In this document: one piece after another, positions 21,838 through 34,467 of the stretch
Layout of the letters: each line of letters starts with the position of its first letter
How positions within the stretch are numbered: position 1 is the stretch's first letter
From: Chloropicon primus
Taxonomy: Eukaryota
Direction of reading: 5' to 3'
Assembly: GCA_023205875.1 (NCBI GenBank)
Contig: CP060757.1
Location: 620,001-684,000, forward strand
Length of the DNA: 64,000 nucleotides
Position numbers and translations under genes: made by a program
Notes under the pieces: generated by a model
The model's input: the letters and a program-made list of their open reading frames with translations, nothing else
What the model was told of the DNA's origin: nothing
Databases searched by the model: none

Positions 21838-24796
21838 ATGATATCTCCCACGCGAATTTTGACGCGGTACTCGTATTGGGCCCACAAGAGGCCGGTGAAG
21901 GTAAGGCAGGCGTGAAGAGGAGGAAGACCCGGGCCGATCTTGACTGACGCCACGTCTCGTCGGATAATATGTCTTTGCTCTGCACTATCCTTCGCAGATT
22001 CTCTTGATCGAGTTCTTCATACTTTCGATGATATGCAGCGTCGTTTTCGGCGCAGGGTACTTCCAGTTCTCTCGAGCACAGAGCGGAAGGGAGTGGCTGA
22101 TCAAAGGAGAGAAGACCACGAGCAGGCGAGACGCTGTGGACGAGTCCATCATGGAACTCGAGTCTGCAAGGGATGGATCAGCTCTGGAGAGAAGCAGCCA
22201 GCTTGGGCGCTTCAACGTGTTCTTCTCGTACAGGTCCGTGGCGGGCAACGTGTTCACCCCCGAGAATCTCGCGGTCATGCACGAAGTCGAGAGCATCGTC
22301 ACGGGATACAAAACCAGGGAGGACTATTGCCTGCTGAGATACTCGGAGACGGGCGACTCTCTGGGTTGCCAGCCTGCCTACAGCCCCGCAAGCGCAGTGT
22401 TCGATCCGCAGGGCCAGCTTGTGTCGAACTGGACGGAAGTGATTCGGGAGAAGGCCCAGAACAAGAAGGACCACGGGTACTTCTTCAGCACGGATTTCGA
22501 TCCTGTGCAGGTCAAAGCGGGGCACACGAGATCCATTGTTTTCTCGGGCCTCCCCCTGCAAGGCTTCGTGAACAAGGACGACAGGGGCAACGAGCAGGGG
22601 GACAAGATTATCCGCAACTACCTCGTGAAGGCTGGGAACCAGATCCACAACTACTTGGGGACGAAACAGACGCTTTTCTGGGGGAAGTACATGGACAGCA
22701 AGAACAGGATCAAGGGGGACCTGGAGGTCCTTTGGTGGGGATTCGGCCTGCAACAGGAGCTCTTCTCTGAGGCGGCCATGCAGGACTTCTTCTGGGCCGC
22801 GTTCTCCTTCGTCAGCGTTGGAATTTACATGGGAATCCACACCAAGTCGGCGTTTATCGCGTTGATCGGGATGCTCGAGATCTCGTTCACCATCTGGCTG
22901 GCCTTCTTCTTCTACAGGGTCGTGCTGCAGATCACGTACTTCACCGGAATCCACTTCCTGGCGGCCTTCCTGCTCTTGGGCATAGGCGCGGACGACGTGT
23001 TTGTCTTCGTCGACGCTTTCAAGCAATCAGAGCACATGAGCTCGATCTCTCACAGCCTGCTGAAGAGGTTGGAGTACACCTCGCTCAGGGCGTCCAAGGC
23101 GGTCCTGATCACGTCGTTGACGACCACGGTAGCATTTTTGGCGACGACCTCGTCAAGAGTGATGCCAATCTCGACGTTTGGCATCTACGCTTCCTTGTGC
23201 ATCTTTCTGCTCTACTGGGTCAACGTGATCATCATGCCACCGACCCTCGTCATTTGGGACAGGCTGAGGAAGCGCGGCAAGACGAAGGACGTGGAAAACG
23301 AGATGGAGGCCATTCCCGCGGACGATGGTGCCCTCAAGAAGGACGACGGGGGCACGGCAGAGTCGGGGGTTGAGGGGGACATCGACGTGCAGCAGCTTCG
23401 ATGGATCGAGAAGTACTTCCACGGGTTCCACACGAACATGATCAAGAAGTACGCGTACCCAATCCTCCTCGTTTTTGGTGGCGTGGTCATTGCGGGAATC
23501 TACTTGTGCACTCTGTTGCAGCCGCCCCTGGAGGAGGAGAACTACTTTCCAAAGAAGCACATGTTCTCGGCCTTCAGGAACATCATGGATCTGAACAGCG
23601 GGAAGTCGCCCTACGGGACCTCGTCCCAGGACTACGTCGCGTCCGTGAACGTGGCTTGGGGGCTCGAGGGGATGAGCCTGAAGGGGACAGACAAGTGGAA
23701 CCCGGAGGACCTAGGGAAAGTAACGTACGACGAGGAATTCGACATGTCCTCCCCGGAAGCTCAGGTCCACGTGTACAACGTGTGCCAAGATGTGAAGAGG
23801 GCAGAGTGCTTCGTGGAGGCTTGCGAGAACGGAACCCTCGTGAGGTACGGGGAAGCCCGTTGCTTCATCGAGGGCTTCAAGGATTGGCGGGAGTCTGAGG
23901 GCGAGGCTTTCCCTGTGACCAAGGAGGACTTCCTGCCGGAGCTCAACAGGTGGATGCAACTCCAGTCCACCATGATCAAGTACCGCGACCAGGTCGGGCT
24001 CTACATGGACCACAACGGTGGCTTGAACTTGAAGTTTGTTTCCCTGGAGTTCAACTCGACTTTCACGCCGCCCAAGTCCCAGAAGCGCACGGCGGACGTG
24101 TACAGGGTGTGGGAGGACCTGATGGCGGAGGGGAACGCCGCTGCCCCCGCGGGGGTCGACAACGCTTTCCAGTCCACGGACTTTGCTTGGACGTGGATGA
24201 TCACCCAGGTGGAGCTGGTGGAGGGAGTCAAGCTCGGAGTGACTCTCGTCATGGTCATCGCCTTCGTGGTGATCAACCTGTCCACCCTCAACGTGATCGT
24301 GAGCATTGGGGCGATCTTGGCCATCGGCGGCATCGTCACGACGACGATGGGCTTCGGAGTCGAGCTCCTCATGAGTTACCCCCTGGGGGTCGCCGAGTCC
24401 ATCGCGACTGTGATCCTCATCGGTTTCAGCATGGACTACTGTCTCCACCTCGCGGGTGCCTACGTCGCGAGCAAGAAGGCCACCCGAGAGGAGAGGACGA
24501 GGGAGAGCCTGACGGAGATGGGCGTCTCCGTGACGGCGGGCGCCCTCACCACCGTCTTCAGCGCCGTGTTCCTCTTCGGCACGGTCCTCACCTTCTTCCA
24601 GAAGTTTGCCTTCATCATCATCTTCACGATCGGGGGGTCCTGGCTGTGGTCCACGATCTTCTTCTCCACCTTTTGCATGGTGTTCGGCCCCGAGGGAAAC
24701 GTCGGCGAGTGGCTGCACATCTTGGGTCACATCAAGGGCACGGAGACGAGCGCCAAGGTCGACGCCGACGCCAAACAGGAGGAGGCCGATCCTTGA
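21838..24796 (+). CDS. Patched/Dispatched-family (RND, sterol-sensing domain) membrane protein; 2 exons (21838-21900, 21998-24796)
   Basis: LLLGIGADDVFVFVDAF and IGFSMDYCLHLA motifs in two TM clusters. The intron 21901-21997 (GTAAGG...GCAG) supplies an ATG start. Confidence 0.87.
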
Positions 24797-25255
24797 GGAG
24801 GAGAGAGAGAGGGGGGGGGGCGGGGCTATTTGCTTTTTTTACTGTTTTGCTTGTACAATTATTCCTAGTTTTACTCTTGAGAAGACGACGACTTTCCTTC
24901 TTCTTCTTCCAAGCTTGAGACCTTGATGATGGAACCTGAGCCCATCCATCTCCGCTTGATCTCTCGCGAAATCTACCGAGACCGTTTCATTTTTTGAATT
25001 CTGCGCTAGATCTTCCGTAACGCTCGAGGGGTCGAGAGAGAGAGAGAGGAGAGACGAAAAAAAAAGCCCCATAAGAGAGAGGGCGAGCGAGTCGTCGTCG
25101 TCGTCGCGAACAGCTCGAAACGGAAGGTGAGGAGGGACTTGGAGGCCTTGGACCTGCCGTTGCGCCTGGAGGCCTCGGACTCTGACGAGGGCAAGTCTTT
25201 TTTTCGTTTGTTTCGGTTTTCGTTTCGTTAGGTCAAAACTAAGAGAGGAGCAACC

Positions 25256-25333
25256 CCACGTCCACGTCCACGTCCACGTCCACGTCCACGTCGTCGCCGC
25301 GTCGTCTTGTCCAGACAACAACAACAACAACAA
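25256..25333. repeat. (TCCACG)n and (CAA)n simple repeats in the actin 5' region
   Basis: Read directly from the sequence. Confidence 0.85.
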
Positions 25334-25335
25334 TC

Positions 25336-26472
25336 ATGGCGGAGAACGAGAACGTCCAGGCCCTTGTGGTCGACAACGGTTCGGGGATGTGCAAGGCCGG
25401 GTTCGCGGGCGACGACGCCCCCCGAGCCGTCTTCCCGTCCCTGGTGGGCAGGCCGAAGATCACCGCCACGCGCGCCATGGTGGGCGTGGAGAAGGAGGCC
25501 TACGTGGGGGACGAGGCCCAAGCGAAGAGGGGCATCCTCACCCTCAAGTACCCGATCGAGCACGGCATCGTGACGAACTGGGACGACATGGAGAAGATCT
25601 GGCACCATACCTTCTACAACGAGCTGAGGGTGGCCCCGGAGGAGCACCCCGTCCTCCTGACCGAGGCTCCCCACAACCCAAAGTCCAACAGGGAGAAGAT
25701 GACCCAGATCATGTTCGAGACTTTCGATACCCCGCAGTTGTACGTGGCCATCCAGGCCGTCCTCTCCCTCTATGCTAGCGGAAGGACCACGGGAATGGTG
25801 CTGGATTGCGGAGACGGAGTCTCGCACTGCGTGCCGATCTACGAGGGGTTCTCCCTGCCCCACGCCATCATGAGAATCGACTTGGCGGGCAGGGACATCA
25901 CGGACCACCTCAAGAAGATCCTCACCGAGCGCGGGTACAGCTTCACGACCTCTGCGGAGAGGGAGATCGTGAGGGACTGCAAGGAGAAGCTCTGTTACAT
26001 TGCCTTGGACTACGAGGAGGAGATGTCGAAGGCCGAGAGCAGCTCTTCCCTCGAGAAGGAGTACGAGTTGCCGGACGGCAACGTCATTACCGTCGGAAGC
26101 GAGCGTTTCAGAGCCCCAGAGGTTCTGTTCCAGCCAGCGCTGATTGGAATGGAGCAGGAGGGCGTCCACGAGGCCACGTTCCATTCCATCATGAAGTGCG
26201 ACGTGGACATCAGGAAGGACCTTTATAGCAACATTGTGCTCTCCGGTGGTACCACGATGTATCCAGGTATCCAGGAGCGCCTCCAGAAGGAGATCGCCAC
26301 CATGGCCCCTTCTTCGGTGAAGGTCAAGGTGATCGCTCCTCCGGAGAGAAAGTACTCGGTCTGGATCGGTGGATCCATCCTCGCCTCCTTGACCACTTTC
26401 CAGCAGATGTGGATAGGCAAGGATGAGTACGAGGAGAGCGGTCCCTCGATTGTCCACAGAAAGTGCTTCTAA
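25336..26472 (+). CDS. ACT: Actin (somewhat divergent, intronless)
   Basis: [45 protein letters not shown] and [10 protein letters not shown]. Confidence 0.95.
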   Translation: MAENENVQALVVDNGSGMCKAGFAGDDAPRAVFPSLVGRPKITATRAMVGVEKEAYVGDEAQAKRGILTLKYPIEHGIVTNWDDMEKIWHHTFYNELRVAPEEHPVLLTEAPHNPKSNREKMTQIMFETFDTPQLYVAIQAVLSLYASGRTTGMVLDCGDGVSHCVPIYEGFSLPHAIMRIDLAGRDITDHLKKILTERGYSFTTSAEREIVRDCKEKLCYIALDYEEEMSKAESSSSLEKEYELPDGNVITVGSERFRAPEVLFQPALIGMEQEGVHEATFHSIMKCDVDIRKDLYSNIVLSGGTTMYPGIQERLQKEIATMAPSSVKVKVIAPPERKYSVWIGGSILASLTTFQQMWIGKDEYEESGPSIVHRKCF

Positions 26473-26574
26473 GCCCTTTTTTTAAAATTCCTTACTGATA
26501 CAAGACAGACGAGCGTATGTTGCACACACGCCGCCCATCATTCACCAAAACGTACTTGCCCCTCTCGACCTTCC

Positions 26575-28609
26575 TCACGCGTCAACGGTGTACTCCCCGG
26601 GTGAGTCAAACTCGATCACTCGAGTCTCGTGCTTAATCACGGTGAAACCCCTCATTCTCTCCTCCTCTCTTGCGCCTTCCGCGCTATCGAGAGGCCTCCA
26701 TTCCCAGCCTTTGTTGTCCACTCGCAGGTTCTTCACGGTCACCCTCGCCCCGTTGCTTGCGCGGATGACCAAAGATCCGTTCAGCGAGAGCCCATTTATG
26801 GTGATGTTCTCCCCCTCAAGGACCAGAGAAGACCCCTGCGACACTTGCAAGGTCTTGCAGTCAATCTTCTTTGAGACCTCTTCGGTCGTGCAGGCGAAGG
26901 ACGGACTCCAAACGATCCGCGGATGCAACTGAATTCAGTGGTTCAAGGGAATCGAAAGAGGATGGTCAGCTTTCTGGGGCGAGTGCAATGCAGCAAGGCC
27001 AGACTTACCTGGACATAAATCCCATTGAAAGTGGTCTTAGCAGGATCTTCTACGCTAGCCCCGAGGTGCTTCAAAACGTTGCAGTTTGCCCTGTATATGT
27101 CCAACTCGCCAGTTGTTGCGCTGTGTGACGGATTCCCTGCCTCTGCCTTTGCGAGAGCTTCCGCCGGGGAATTTTTGACGGGAGAGTACGCCACCCACAC
27201 TTCGAGGAGAGTGAATCCTACTTTTGATGTCGAGGGGATGGTCCTGGGATAATCTTGCATCATGCACTCAAGCCTTGTCGGAGACTTGAAACTCGTCTTG
27301 GTGGAATCCTTGTACTTTGGGTTGACGAACTCCGGCACGTGCCCTTTCGACGACTCGAGCTGCTTGTGATAGTCCGGCACCGAGAAGATCAGCTGATTTA
27401 TGTTTCCGGGGTAGGGGGAGAAGCCCGTGCTCGGATCGTTCACGTCCCCCTCCGGATTCACGGTGCTCCTCAAGAGGGGATCCAGTTGGTTGTATTCGAC
27501 GTTCAGAGTCATGCTTGACTCGGCTTTCACGAGCTTGCAGATGGCCCCTATCGCCTCTTTCGCCTTCCTGGGCACAGCCAGGGAGTTCACCGAGAATTCG
27601 CTCTGCTTGCTGATCGCGAGGGAGGCTGGGATCGCCCTGAAAACGAGAGCATTCGTGTCCTGAAAGAAGCAGACCCATTTTAGCCCGCTCTCGGCCCACC
27701 GCTTCACGACGCCGCTCCTGTGAAGCAAGGCGTGGACGTCCCCGTGCCCGTGGGGCTTGGTCTGGACAGAGTACTTATCGCTGCTGGACAGGGCCAGGGT
27801 GGCCTCGTTATCTGCGAGGCATGGAACCTTGTCTTGCTTCAGGAGCCGAACTTGCGAGGCGTTCATCCCAAAGTAACCGCTGGCTTCGAGCAACGCCTGC
27901 GTCTTTTCGTGGGTATCGTCCGACGTCATGATGACAAAGGTAGGGACACTCAGCAGCTTGTCGCAGTCCTCCCCGCTCTTTTTCTGAAGGGCCAGAATGT
28001 ATTCCACGTACAGCTGGAGGAAGCAAGCCCCCCTGGCGCTCTCGCTTGGAAGCGCTAGTTTGATTCCAGAGTATCCTAGCCTCTCCCCCAGCCCCCCAGC
28101 GACGAGGACGAAGGCCGTCCTTCCGGCCTCCGCCGCGCCAACTCGCTCCAGCCCGACGAACTCATCGCTCCTGCAATTCAAGACCGAACCCGGAGGAACC
28201 TTCGTAGGGCAACACCAGATCGTTCTCAAGTCAGCACCCACTTTTTCATGCACGAACTCCCTCGGGGAGTTCTCGCTCCAGGACCACCGAGGGAGAACTC
28301 CGTTTCTCTATCCGCGAGGCTTACCTCAGGCGTGTACCCTGCGAGGGAATTCTCTCCGTCCTTGGAGGACTTGAGCAGAGCTTTGGCTCTCTCGACGTAC
28401 TCCACGAGGCCTCCAGGCGTTGTCTCATCGAGTCTCGAGAGCTGGCCCACCAACCTCTTTTTGTGTTCAGAATCCTCTCCAGTGGGCGGCCACGAGGAGA
28501 ACAAATGACTCTGCCCCGCTTCGCACAAGTCCGACACGAGCTCTCGCTCACGCTCTCCGAACAGTGACGCGTCGTCCCCCAGCACCTCAGAAGCAGAAGC
28601 CATCGCCAT
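26575..28609 (-). CDS. USP: UDP-sugar pyrophosphorylase; 3 exons (28609-28325, 28199-27009, 26928-26575)
   Basis: [35 protein letters not shown] and EFVNPKYKD...[16 protein letters not shown]...AG introns at 28200-28324 and 26929-27008. Confidence 0.93.
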
Positions 28610-28793
28610 CGAGCTTTTGGATGAGACTGCTCTGAAGGGGAAGGGGAGGCTGAAGTCCCGATGGAAGAGTCTTGGGGGAGAGGGCACGATGTGGTTCTAA
28701 AAAGATCGCTTACAATTACAAAAGATACTACACTAGACAACAGATGCCGTCACGGATTGCACAAACACGGCTGAAGTCCACTCCACCGTATCC

Positions 28794-29871
28794 TTATCCG
28801 TTGAACGATAAGATGTTCGAAGTTGCGCTACTGCCCGTGTTGCTAAGGAAGTTACCGGCTGATCCCGCGCCATCGCTCGCAATGTTAAAGGTTCCAGACA
28901 TGAGCCTGCTCACTGCATACTTGCCCAGGCGGCTGATCTCCAGGCCCGAAGTCATGGCGACGGAGTGCTTGTCCGTGCCGGAGAAGGCGACGGGCATCGT
29001 GAAATTGCACCCAACGCTAAGGTCCACGACCTGGTTGTCATTCGAGACGCACGACGCTTCATCGATGGCACAGGAACGCCCAGCAATGCAGTTGCCAGAG
29101 TTCTTCCCACCGCAAGCGTAGCAGTCCTCCGAATCCCAAAGAAGGTACTTTGGCTTTCCTTTGTCTGTAGGACGTTGAGTTTCCGCGAGCAAGAGCAAAC
29201 TGTCAGTCAAGTTCACGGCGATGGCACCTTGGAATGCGCGAGCGCGCCTCCTTCGTCTCTCTACTCTGGCACTTACCCAACCTAAGTATCAAGACCAGGG
29301 AAGGAATTGTCCCGACGCCCGTGGTGTGAACGGAACTTTGACTCCGTATCGTACGAGCCTCCGACCTCACGAAGTCCTTGCCTCCATGAAAGGCGACCAG
29401 GCTCAACACTTGAGGCTTCTCCGCAGGAATGCCCTCCATGAGTGCGTCCTCCTCGTCTTTTGTGCTCCTCATGAAGGTCAACCTGTCCACGCTCGGCTTG
29501 AACAAAGCGATTTGCACCCCTTCCCGCGCCTGGTTGCGACGAAAGGAAGGAGAAAGAGTTCCCAGGACAGACGAAGAGAACGAAAACAAAGTCAGCTTCC
29601 ACCACCGCCGTCCCCTTGCGGCAAAAGTGCCCAAGCCTCTCGCCTCCCTACTCACCAGCAAGTCGCGGTCTGCCGGCCTGCACGGGTGCAGACCAGTCCA
29701 GTTCACCTCGAGTCCTCCGGGCCAGTAGGCTATGCCGATAGGCACGGGCTCTCCTATCCTGTACGTCGCGTCCACGCAAGGGTTCGCCCAAACCCCATGT
29801 ACGTACAAGATGCCAATCCACGCTAGTAACACCAACAAGGTGTCACGGCTGTTCACCCCACCAGCGGCCAT
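28794..29871 (-). CDS. Secreted conserved green-lineage protein (Expp1-like); 3 exons (29871-29656, 29529-29277, 29164-28794)
   Basis: Signal peptide. PC.D...IGIA, ALFKPSVDRLTF, LILRLDKGKPKYLLW..DCYAC and AFSGTDKH resemble plant Expp1-type proteins. Splice sites are canonical. Confidence 0.7.
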
Positions 29872-30511
29872 GGCGTCCCCTCAAGCACCAAAAGCAAAGT
29901 GTATCCCTCCTCTGGATGCCCTCTCCACGTCCTTCCTCTCTCTCTGCCACTCCTGGACTCCTCCAAGATTGGACAATCGCTGAGGAAAGGCGTGAAGCGA
30001 TTCAAGTGGAGTGGATGCTCGTCAAGAGGACACCTTCTTCTCTGCCCCCCTCTCCTCTCTCTCCCCTGTCTCCTCCTCTTCCTCTCTCTTCTCTTTGGGT
30101 CGTCCTGCTGGTGATGACCGCCTGGGCGATCTTTGAGCTCTGCAGAACCAAGACCAGGAGAGCATCGGGCAAGGTGAGTGAGTGAGTGCTGAGAGGAGGA
30201 GGAGGGACGAGGCAGAGGACAAAGGATGGGGAGAGGGAAAGCTTGCGGAATTGTCGTCTCGTTACCTTTCGTTCGACACCTCTTGAGAAGGAAATGACGG
30301 GCGGGTGAGGAAACAAACTCTGAAAACAAGGTTGTCGTTCGTCGCGTTTGTGGTTTGCAGGGCGTTCAGTTTCTGACGGGGAGGAGGAGTCCGAGGACGC
30401 GAGGGGGTTGGGGATCGTGAGCCCCGTTGAGGGAAGGGGACTGCCGAGTGGAACCCAAGGCCGCCTGGGTTGGGTGGAAGGCAGGAAGCGAGGGAAGAGT
30501 GCCCGAGAACC

Positions 30512-30886
30512 ATGACGGCGGAAGTGGCTCACCTGTTTTGTTTGCAGTGTGGGGACTTGCTGCAGATTGCAGAAAAGGAGAAGGAGGCGAAATGCACGAC
30601 ATGCAACTTCACTCGAGGCGTGAACGAATTTCTTGACGTCGCCATCGTGTCTGAGTCCGGTCCTAGGGAATGGCAGAAGAAGTACGGAGTGCACCCTGTC
30701 ATCAAGGAGAACCCTGAGCTCGAGAAGGAGGTGGAGCACAAGAGGCAAGTCGTGGACGACGACTGCCCCAAGTGCGGCCACAAGGGCCTGGAGTTTTACA
30801 CCCTTCAGCTTCGATCGGTGGACGAGGGGCAGACTGTCTTCTACGAGTGTCCAAAGTGCGGCCACAAGTTCTCGCAGAACACTTGA
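30512..30886 (+). CDS. RPA12: RNA polymerase I subunit RPA12
   Basis: Two Zn ribbons (FCLQCGDLL...CTTC; CPKCGH...TLQLRSVDEGQTVFYECPKCG). Confidence 0.92.
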   Translation: MTAEVAHLFCLQCGDLLQIAEKEKEAKCTTCNFTRGVNEFLDVAIVSESGPREWQKKYGVHPVIKENPELEKEVEHKRQVVDDDCPKCGHKGLEFYTLQLRSVDEGQTVFYECPKCGHKFSQNT

Positions 30887-31068
30887 TTGCGCCTTTGTCG
30901 GCTCGTGGGGACTTTTGACAGGCGCAGAGCTTCCAGCGGGGCGCTTGGGGAAAGCGAAGCTCGGCACGCGCTCGTTTGGCCGAAAGCGTAAAGTACCATC
31001 TTGTAGACTACTATCACACAAACCATTTCTTAATACACGACAGAATACAACAACGCAACAAAGCAAGA

Positions 31069-32613
31069 TCAGGCCGCCTCCAGGGAGGTGTTCCATCGAA
31101 GGGGGTCGGTTGGCACGGGGCAGGGGGATATGTCGCTGTGGCCGCAAGCTCTGACATCGAACTTCTCTATCTGTGGGAGAGACCAAGCATTCGCCAGAGG
31201 CTCGAAGCACCCCGGCCACTTCCGCCTGTCCGGCCTTCTCGCGAAACTCGAGACTTCCCCGATGTGCTCCAACAGAACGTCCCTGTACAAGTACTCTGCC
31301 CGCCCTTCTTCTTCCCGCTTGACCTGGAGCCACTCCTGGTAAAGGAGGTCAGGGGGCAGCCGAGAAATCCCCCTTTGCAGGTAAGCTTTCAGGTCAGCCA
31401 GGGCGTCTTTCCCCAGCAGAATGCCGTTCATGCCAAAGGAGAACCGAATGCTCAAAAAATCAGGGTTCATTCCGCTGACTTTTCGTAGGAGATAATCCAC
31501 GATGGGCAACGCGTTCTCGCACGCCACAAAGTCGTCTTCGAGGAACACAAAGTGGGAGTACGAGCTTGGCTCGTGCTCCAGCAGCGAGATCAGGTCGCAA
31601 GTCTGCTTGCGAACTTGCCTCCCCGGTCTGTCTGTGGGGTTGTTCAGGTCGTCGGGGTCAGGCAAATCTGGGGTCAGGTCCTTGCAGTGGCCAGGGTTCT
31701 CTGCGAAAGTAAAGTAATGCTTTGCCTTCTCGCTCGCTGTCTTCTTGGACATGGTCCACCCGAACTTCAGCCTGTAGAATGCCTCGTGGTTTCCCGGACT
31801 GCCGTTCATCACCAGAACCTTCACCTTGTGGTACAAGGGGTGTCCCTCGTCGTCCGGAAGGCCCTCCAGCAGGGCCGACAGAGTCTTGGTGAGGTAGTCC
31901 GCCTTGTGGCGTGGCACTGTCGAGATTCCGAACAGGATCCTGGGCCCGGCCTGCTCCTGCTGCCTCCTGCTTGCGACCTCTCTGGAGAAATCCCGGGCCT
32001 TCTGGTCCCTGTCCCCCCTCCTCCTTGGGTCTTGGTAAGCCCCACTGCTGGCGGGGCCCTCGTACAGGGACTTGGCGTTCTTGCTCTTGACCCGAGGCCG
32101 GCGACCGGAACAGGTGTCGGCGCAGGTGCCCCTCGGCTCGTCCGAACCATCACAGCAGTCGCACACGCCGTCGTCCACGAACATGCTCGATATGGTTTTC
32201 GGCTTCGACCTGGCATTCTGGCAGTAGAACCTCCCGTTCGCGCACGCGGACGTCCCCGGCTCGTCGCTCCCGTCCTCGCAGTCGCAGTAGTTGTCGTTCA
32301 GGGCCCCGGGCGCGAGGACTTTTGACCCGTCGAAGCACGCGAAGGACGGGGACGAGCCTTCCCCCCCGCGCAGCGCCGCCTCGTACGCCTTCCTCGTGCT
32401 GGGTGAGACGCCTCGAAGAACGTCGGCGGCACCACCACCACGATCACGATCACGACCACCACCCAGAATGCTGGAAGACGACAACAAGGAGGGATCGAAG
32501 TCTTCCGGTCCTCTCAGCCTCCCCCCGCTGAAGAGCTTCCTGTGGTAGCTAAACATCCGAACGGACGCTACGAGGAAGATGAAGAAGAGGGAGGCACGCA
32601 ATCGGCCCTTCAT
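31069..32613 (-). CDS. Type II membrane protein: PRKCSH/glucosidase II beta-like Cys-rich domain fused to a GT54 (MGAT4-like) GT-A domain
   Basis: LNDNYCDCEDGSDEPGTSACANGRFYC...VDDGVCDCCDGSDE, followed by FGISTVPRHKADYLTKTLSAL...FVFLEDDF...LEHIGEVSSF. Confidence 0.78.
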   Translation of the reverse strand: MKGRLRASLFFIFLVASVRMFSYHRKLFSGGRLRGPEDFDPSLLSSSSILGGGRDRDRGGGAADVLRGVSPSTRKAYEAALRGGEGSSPSFACFDGSKVLAPGALNDNYCDCEDGSDEPGTSACANGRFYCQNARSKPKTISSMFVDDGVCDCCDGSDEPRGTCADTCSGRRPRVKSKNAKSLYEGPASSGAYQDPRRRGDRDQKARDFSREVASRRQQEQAGPRILFGISTVPRHKADYLTKTLSALLEGLPDDEGHPLYHKVKVLVMNGSPGNHEAFYRLKFGWTMSKKTASEKAKHYFTFAENPGHCKDLTPDLPDPDDLNNPTDRPGRQVRKQTCDLISLLEHEPSSYSHFVFLEDDFVACENALPIVDYLLRKVSGMNPDFLSIRFSFGMNGILLGKDALADLKAYLQRGISRLPPDLLYQEWLQVKREEEGRAEYLYRDVLLEHIGEVSSFARRPDRRKWPGCFEPLANAWSLPQIEKFDVRACGHSDISPCPVPTDPLRWNTSLEAA

Positions 32614-33311
32614 CGCCCCCTTGCTGCGTTGTGCCGTCCAGTGGGTTGATGGATGTCCATCTCGACGGTTGGCCGCGACCACAACGCCCCGCCGCTCCAC
32701 AGACTGGACACGCGACAAGATCGACCAAAGCTTCCCCCTCAGGAGAGCCGGCGACGGGAGGAAGTGACTCGGGAGTCCCACCCACCCAGCAGCTTCCTCG
32801 ACGACGAGAGGAGACCAGTCCAAGTCCTCCTTCGCCTCCTTCGCCTCGCTCGCTCGATTCAAACAGAGTTCGCGAGTCGCGAATGCTCAAACGACAACGA
32901 ATCCTGTCGCGCGACCGCGGAATCGAAAGCTCGTGAGACGTATTTTCCACCAATCCATCCCACAACAAGATGGACGAAACCTGTCGTCTTCAACCAAGCC
33001 AATGAACTCGCGCGACTTGGGTCTGAGAGAGAGAGAGTCTCGCTCTTGTGAAGGACCGTCCAGGACGCGTGGAACTTCTTTCGTTGCATTTTTGTTTACA
33101 CTCATGTAGGACATGTACATCCTAAAACCGATCCGTGGCTGCGCCGCCGCCCTCTTTTCTCAGCTTTTTCGTTTTCCTGTAGTAAATCCGTGTTGGGAGG
33201 TTGCCAAGGGAAGCCGGCTTGAGAGAGGAGGAGGGAGGAGCCAGGAGGGAGAACAGAATTCACTCCACTGGGAAGCGCTTGCTCTCGCTCGACTTTAAGA
33301 AAGGAACAACC

Positions 33312-34069
33312 ATGCCACCAAAGTTCGACCCTAGTGCGGTTACTTACGTCTACATCAGAGCGACGGGAGGAGAGGTGAGTGGTCTTTTCGAACGACGGGA
33401 CCGAGAGCAGGGGACGAACGAGCGGAGAGCGGGAAGGCTTGATGGGTTCACCACCCTTGACGAGGGGGCGTAGACTTTGTTGTGCCTCCCTCGTTTCGTT
33501 TGAACTGCCCAGGGGCGTCTGCGGCGAGTGGAGAAGTGTGCGGTGTGGCCGTGCAGGGCTGCTCGTTGGAACGCGCGCACGGTTTTGCTGACACTTTTTT
33601 TTCTTCTTCCCTTGTTTGGGTTCTGTCTTAGGTTGGTGCTGCCTCTTCCCTTGCTCCAAAGATTGGACCTCTCGGTCTTTCCCCAAAGAAGATCGGAGAC
33701 CAGATCGCCGCCGCGACCAAGAAGGACTGGTTGGGACTCAAGGTTACCGTCCAGCTTGCCGTTCAGAACCGTCAGGCCACCGTGACCGTCATCCCAAGTG
33801 CCGGCTCCCTCGTCATTAGAGCTCTCAAGGAGCCTCTCAGAGATAGGAAGAAGGAGAAGGACATCAAGCACGACGGAAACCTCTCGCTCGATGACGTCTA
33901 CGAGGTCGCCAGAGAGATGAGGCCTAGGTCCTGCGCCAGGCACTTTTCGGGAACCGTCAAGGAGATCCTTGGAACTTGCTACTCTGTTGGGTGCACTGTC
34001 GACAGAAAGCACCCTTCTGAGGTCCAGAGGATGATCGACGACGGCGAACTCGTTTGCCCAGACGAATAG
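33312..34069 (+). CDS. RPL12: 60S ribosomal protein L12 (uL11); 2 exons (33312-33374, 33632-34069)
   Basis: MPPKFDPS...[28 protein letters not shown]...[10 protein letters not shown]. Intron 33375-33631. Confidence 0.97.
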
Positions 34070-34467
34070 ACACTCTCTTCCATAGATTGGAATTAGCTGG
34101 TTTGCTCTATCTTGCCCGCGAGGCCCTCCATACCTCTTGTTTCTCGTATACCACGGAGGAAGGTTTTGGGAAGGTTTTGGGGGTCAAGAGAGCAAGCAAA
34201 CGGGAAAAAAATTCGATGAAAAAAAAAAGGAACACTGTATAAACTAATTAATGAACGTGAAATGCAAACGCACGCGCTCTTTTCAAAAGTCTCTCCAGGA
34301 CCAGGGCGCCAGTCTCCGCGCCCGGCCTTTTTTTTTCCACCCCGCCGGCGCTCTCGACGTTTGTTGGAGACTTCAATTCTCCGACGACGTGTAAGTAGGA
34401 CTCTTTGGTGTCGTGGCATTTCGTGTGCGAATAGATAACATACAGATTACATGACAGGCCAGGTGCT

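Noticed and set aside
24920..25020. Possible C/D snoRNA (TGATGA...CTGA)
   Set aside because: The boxes are too close together, and there is no terminal stem or recognisable rRNA antisense element.
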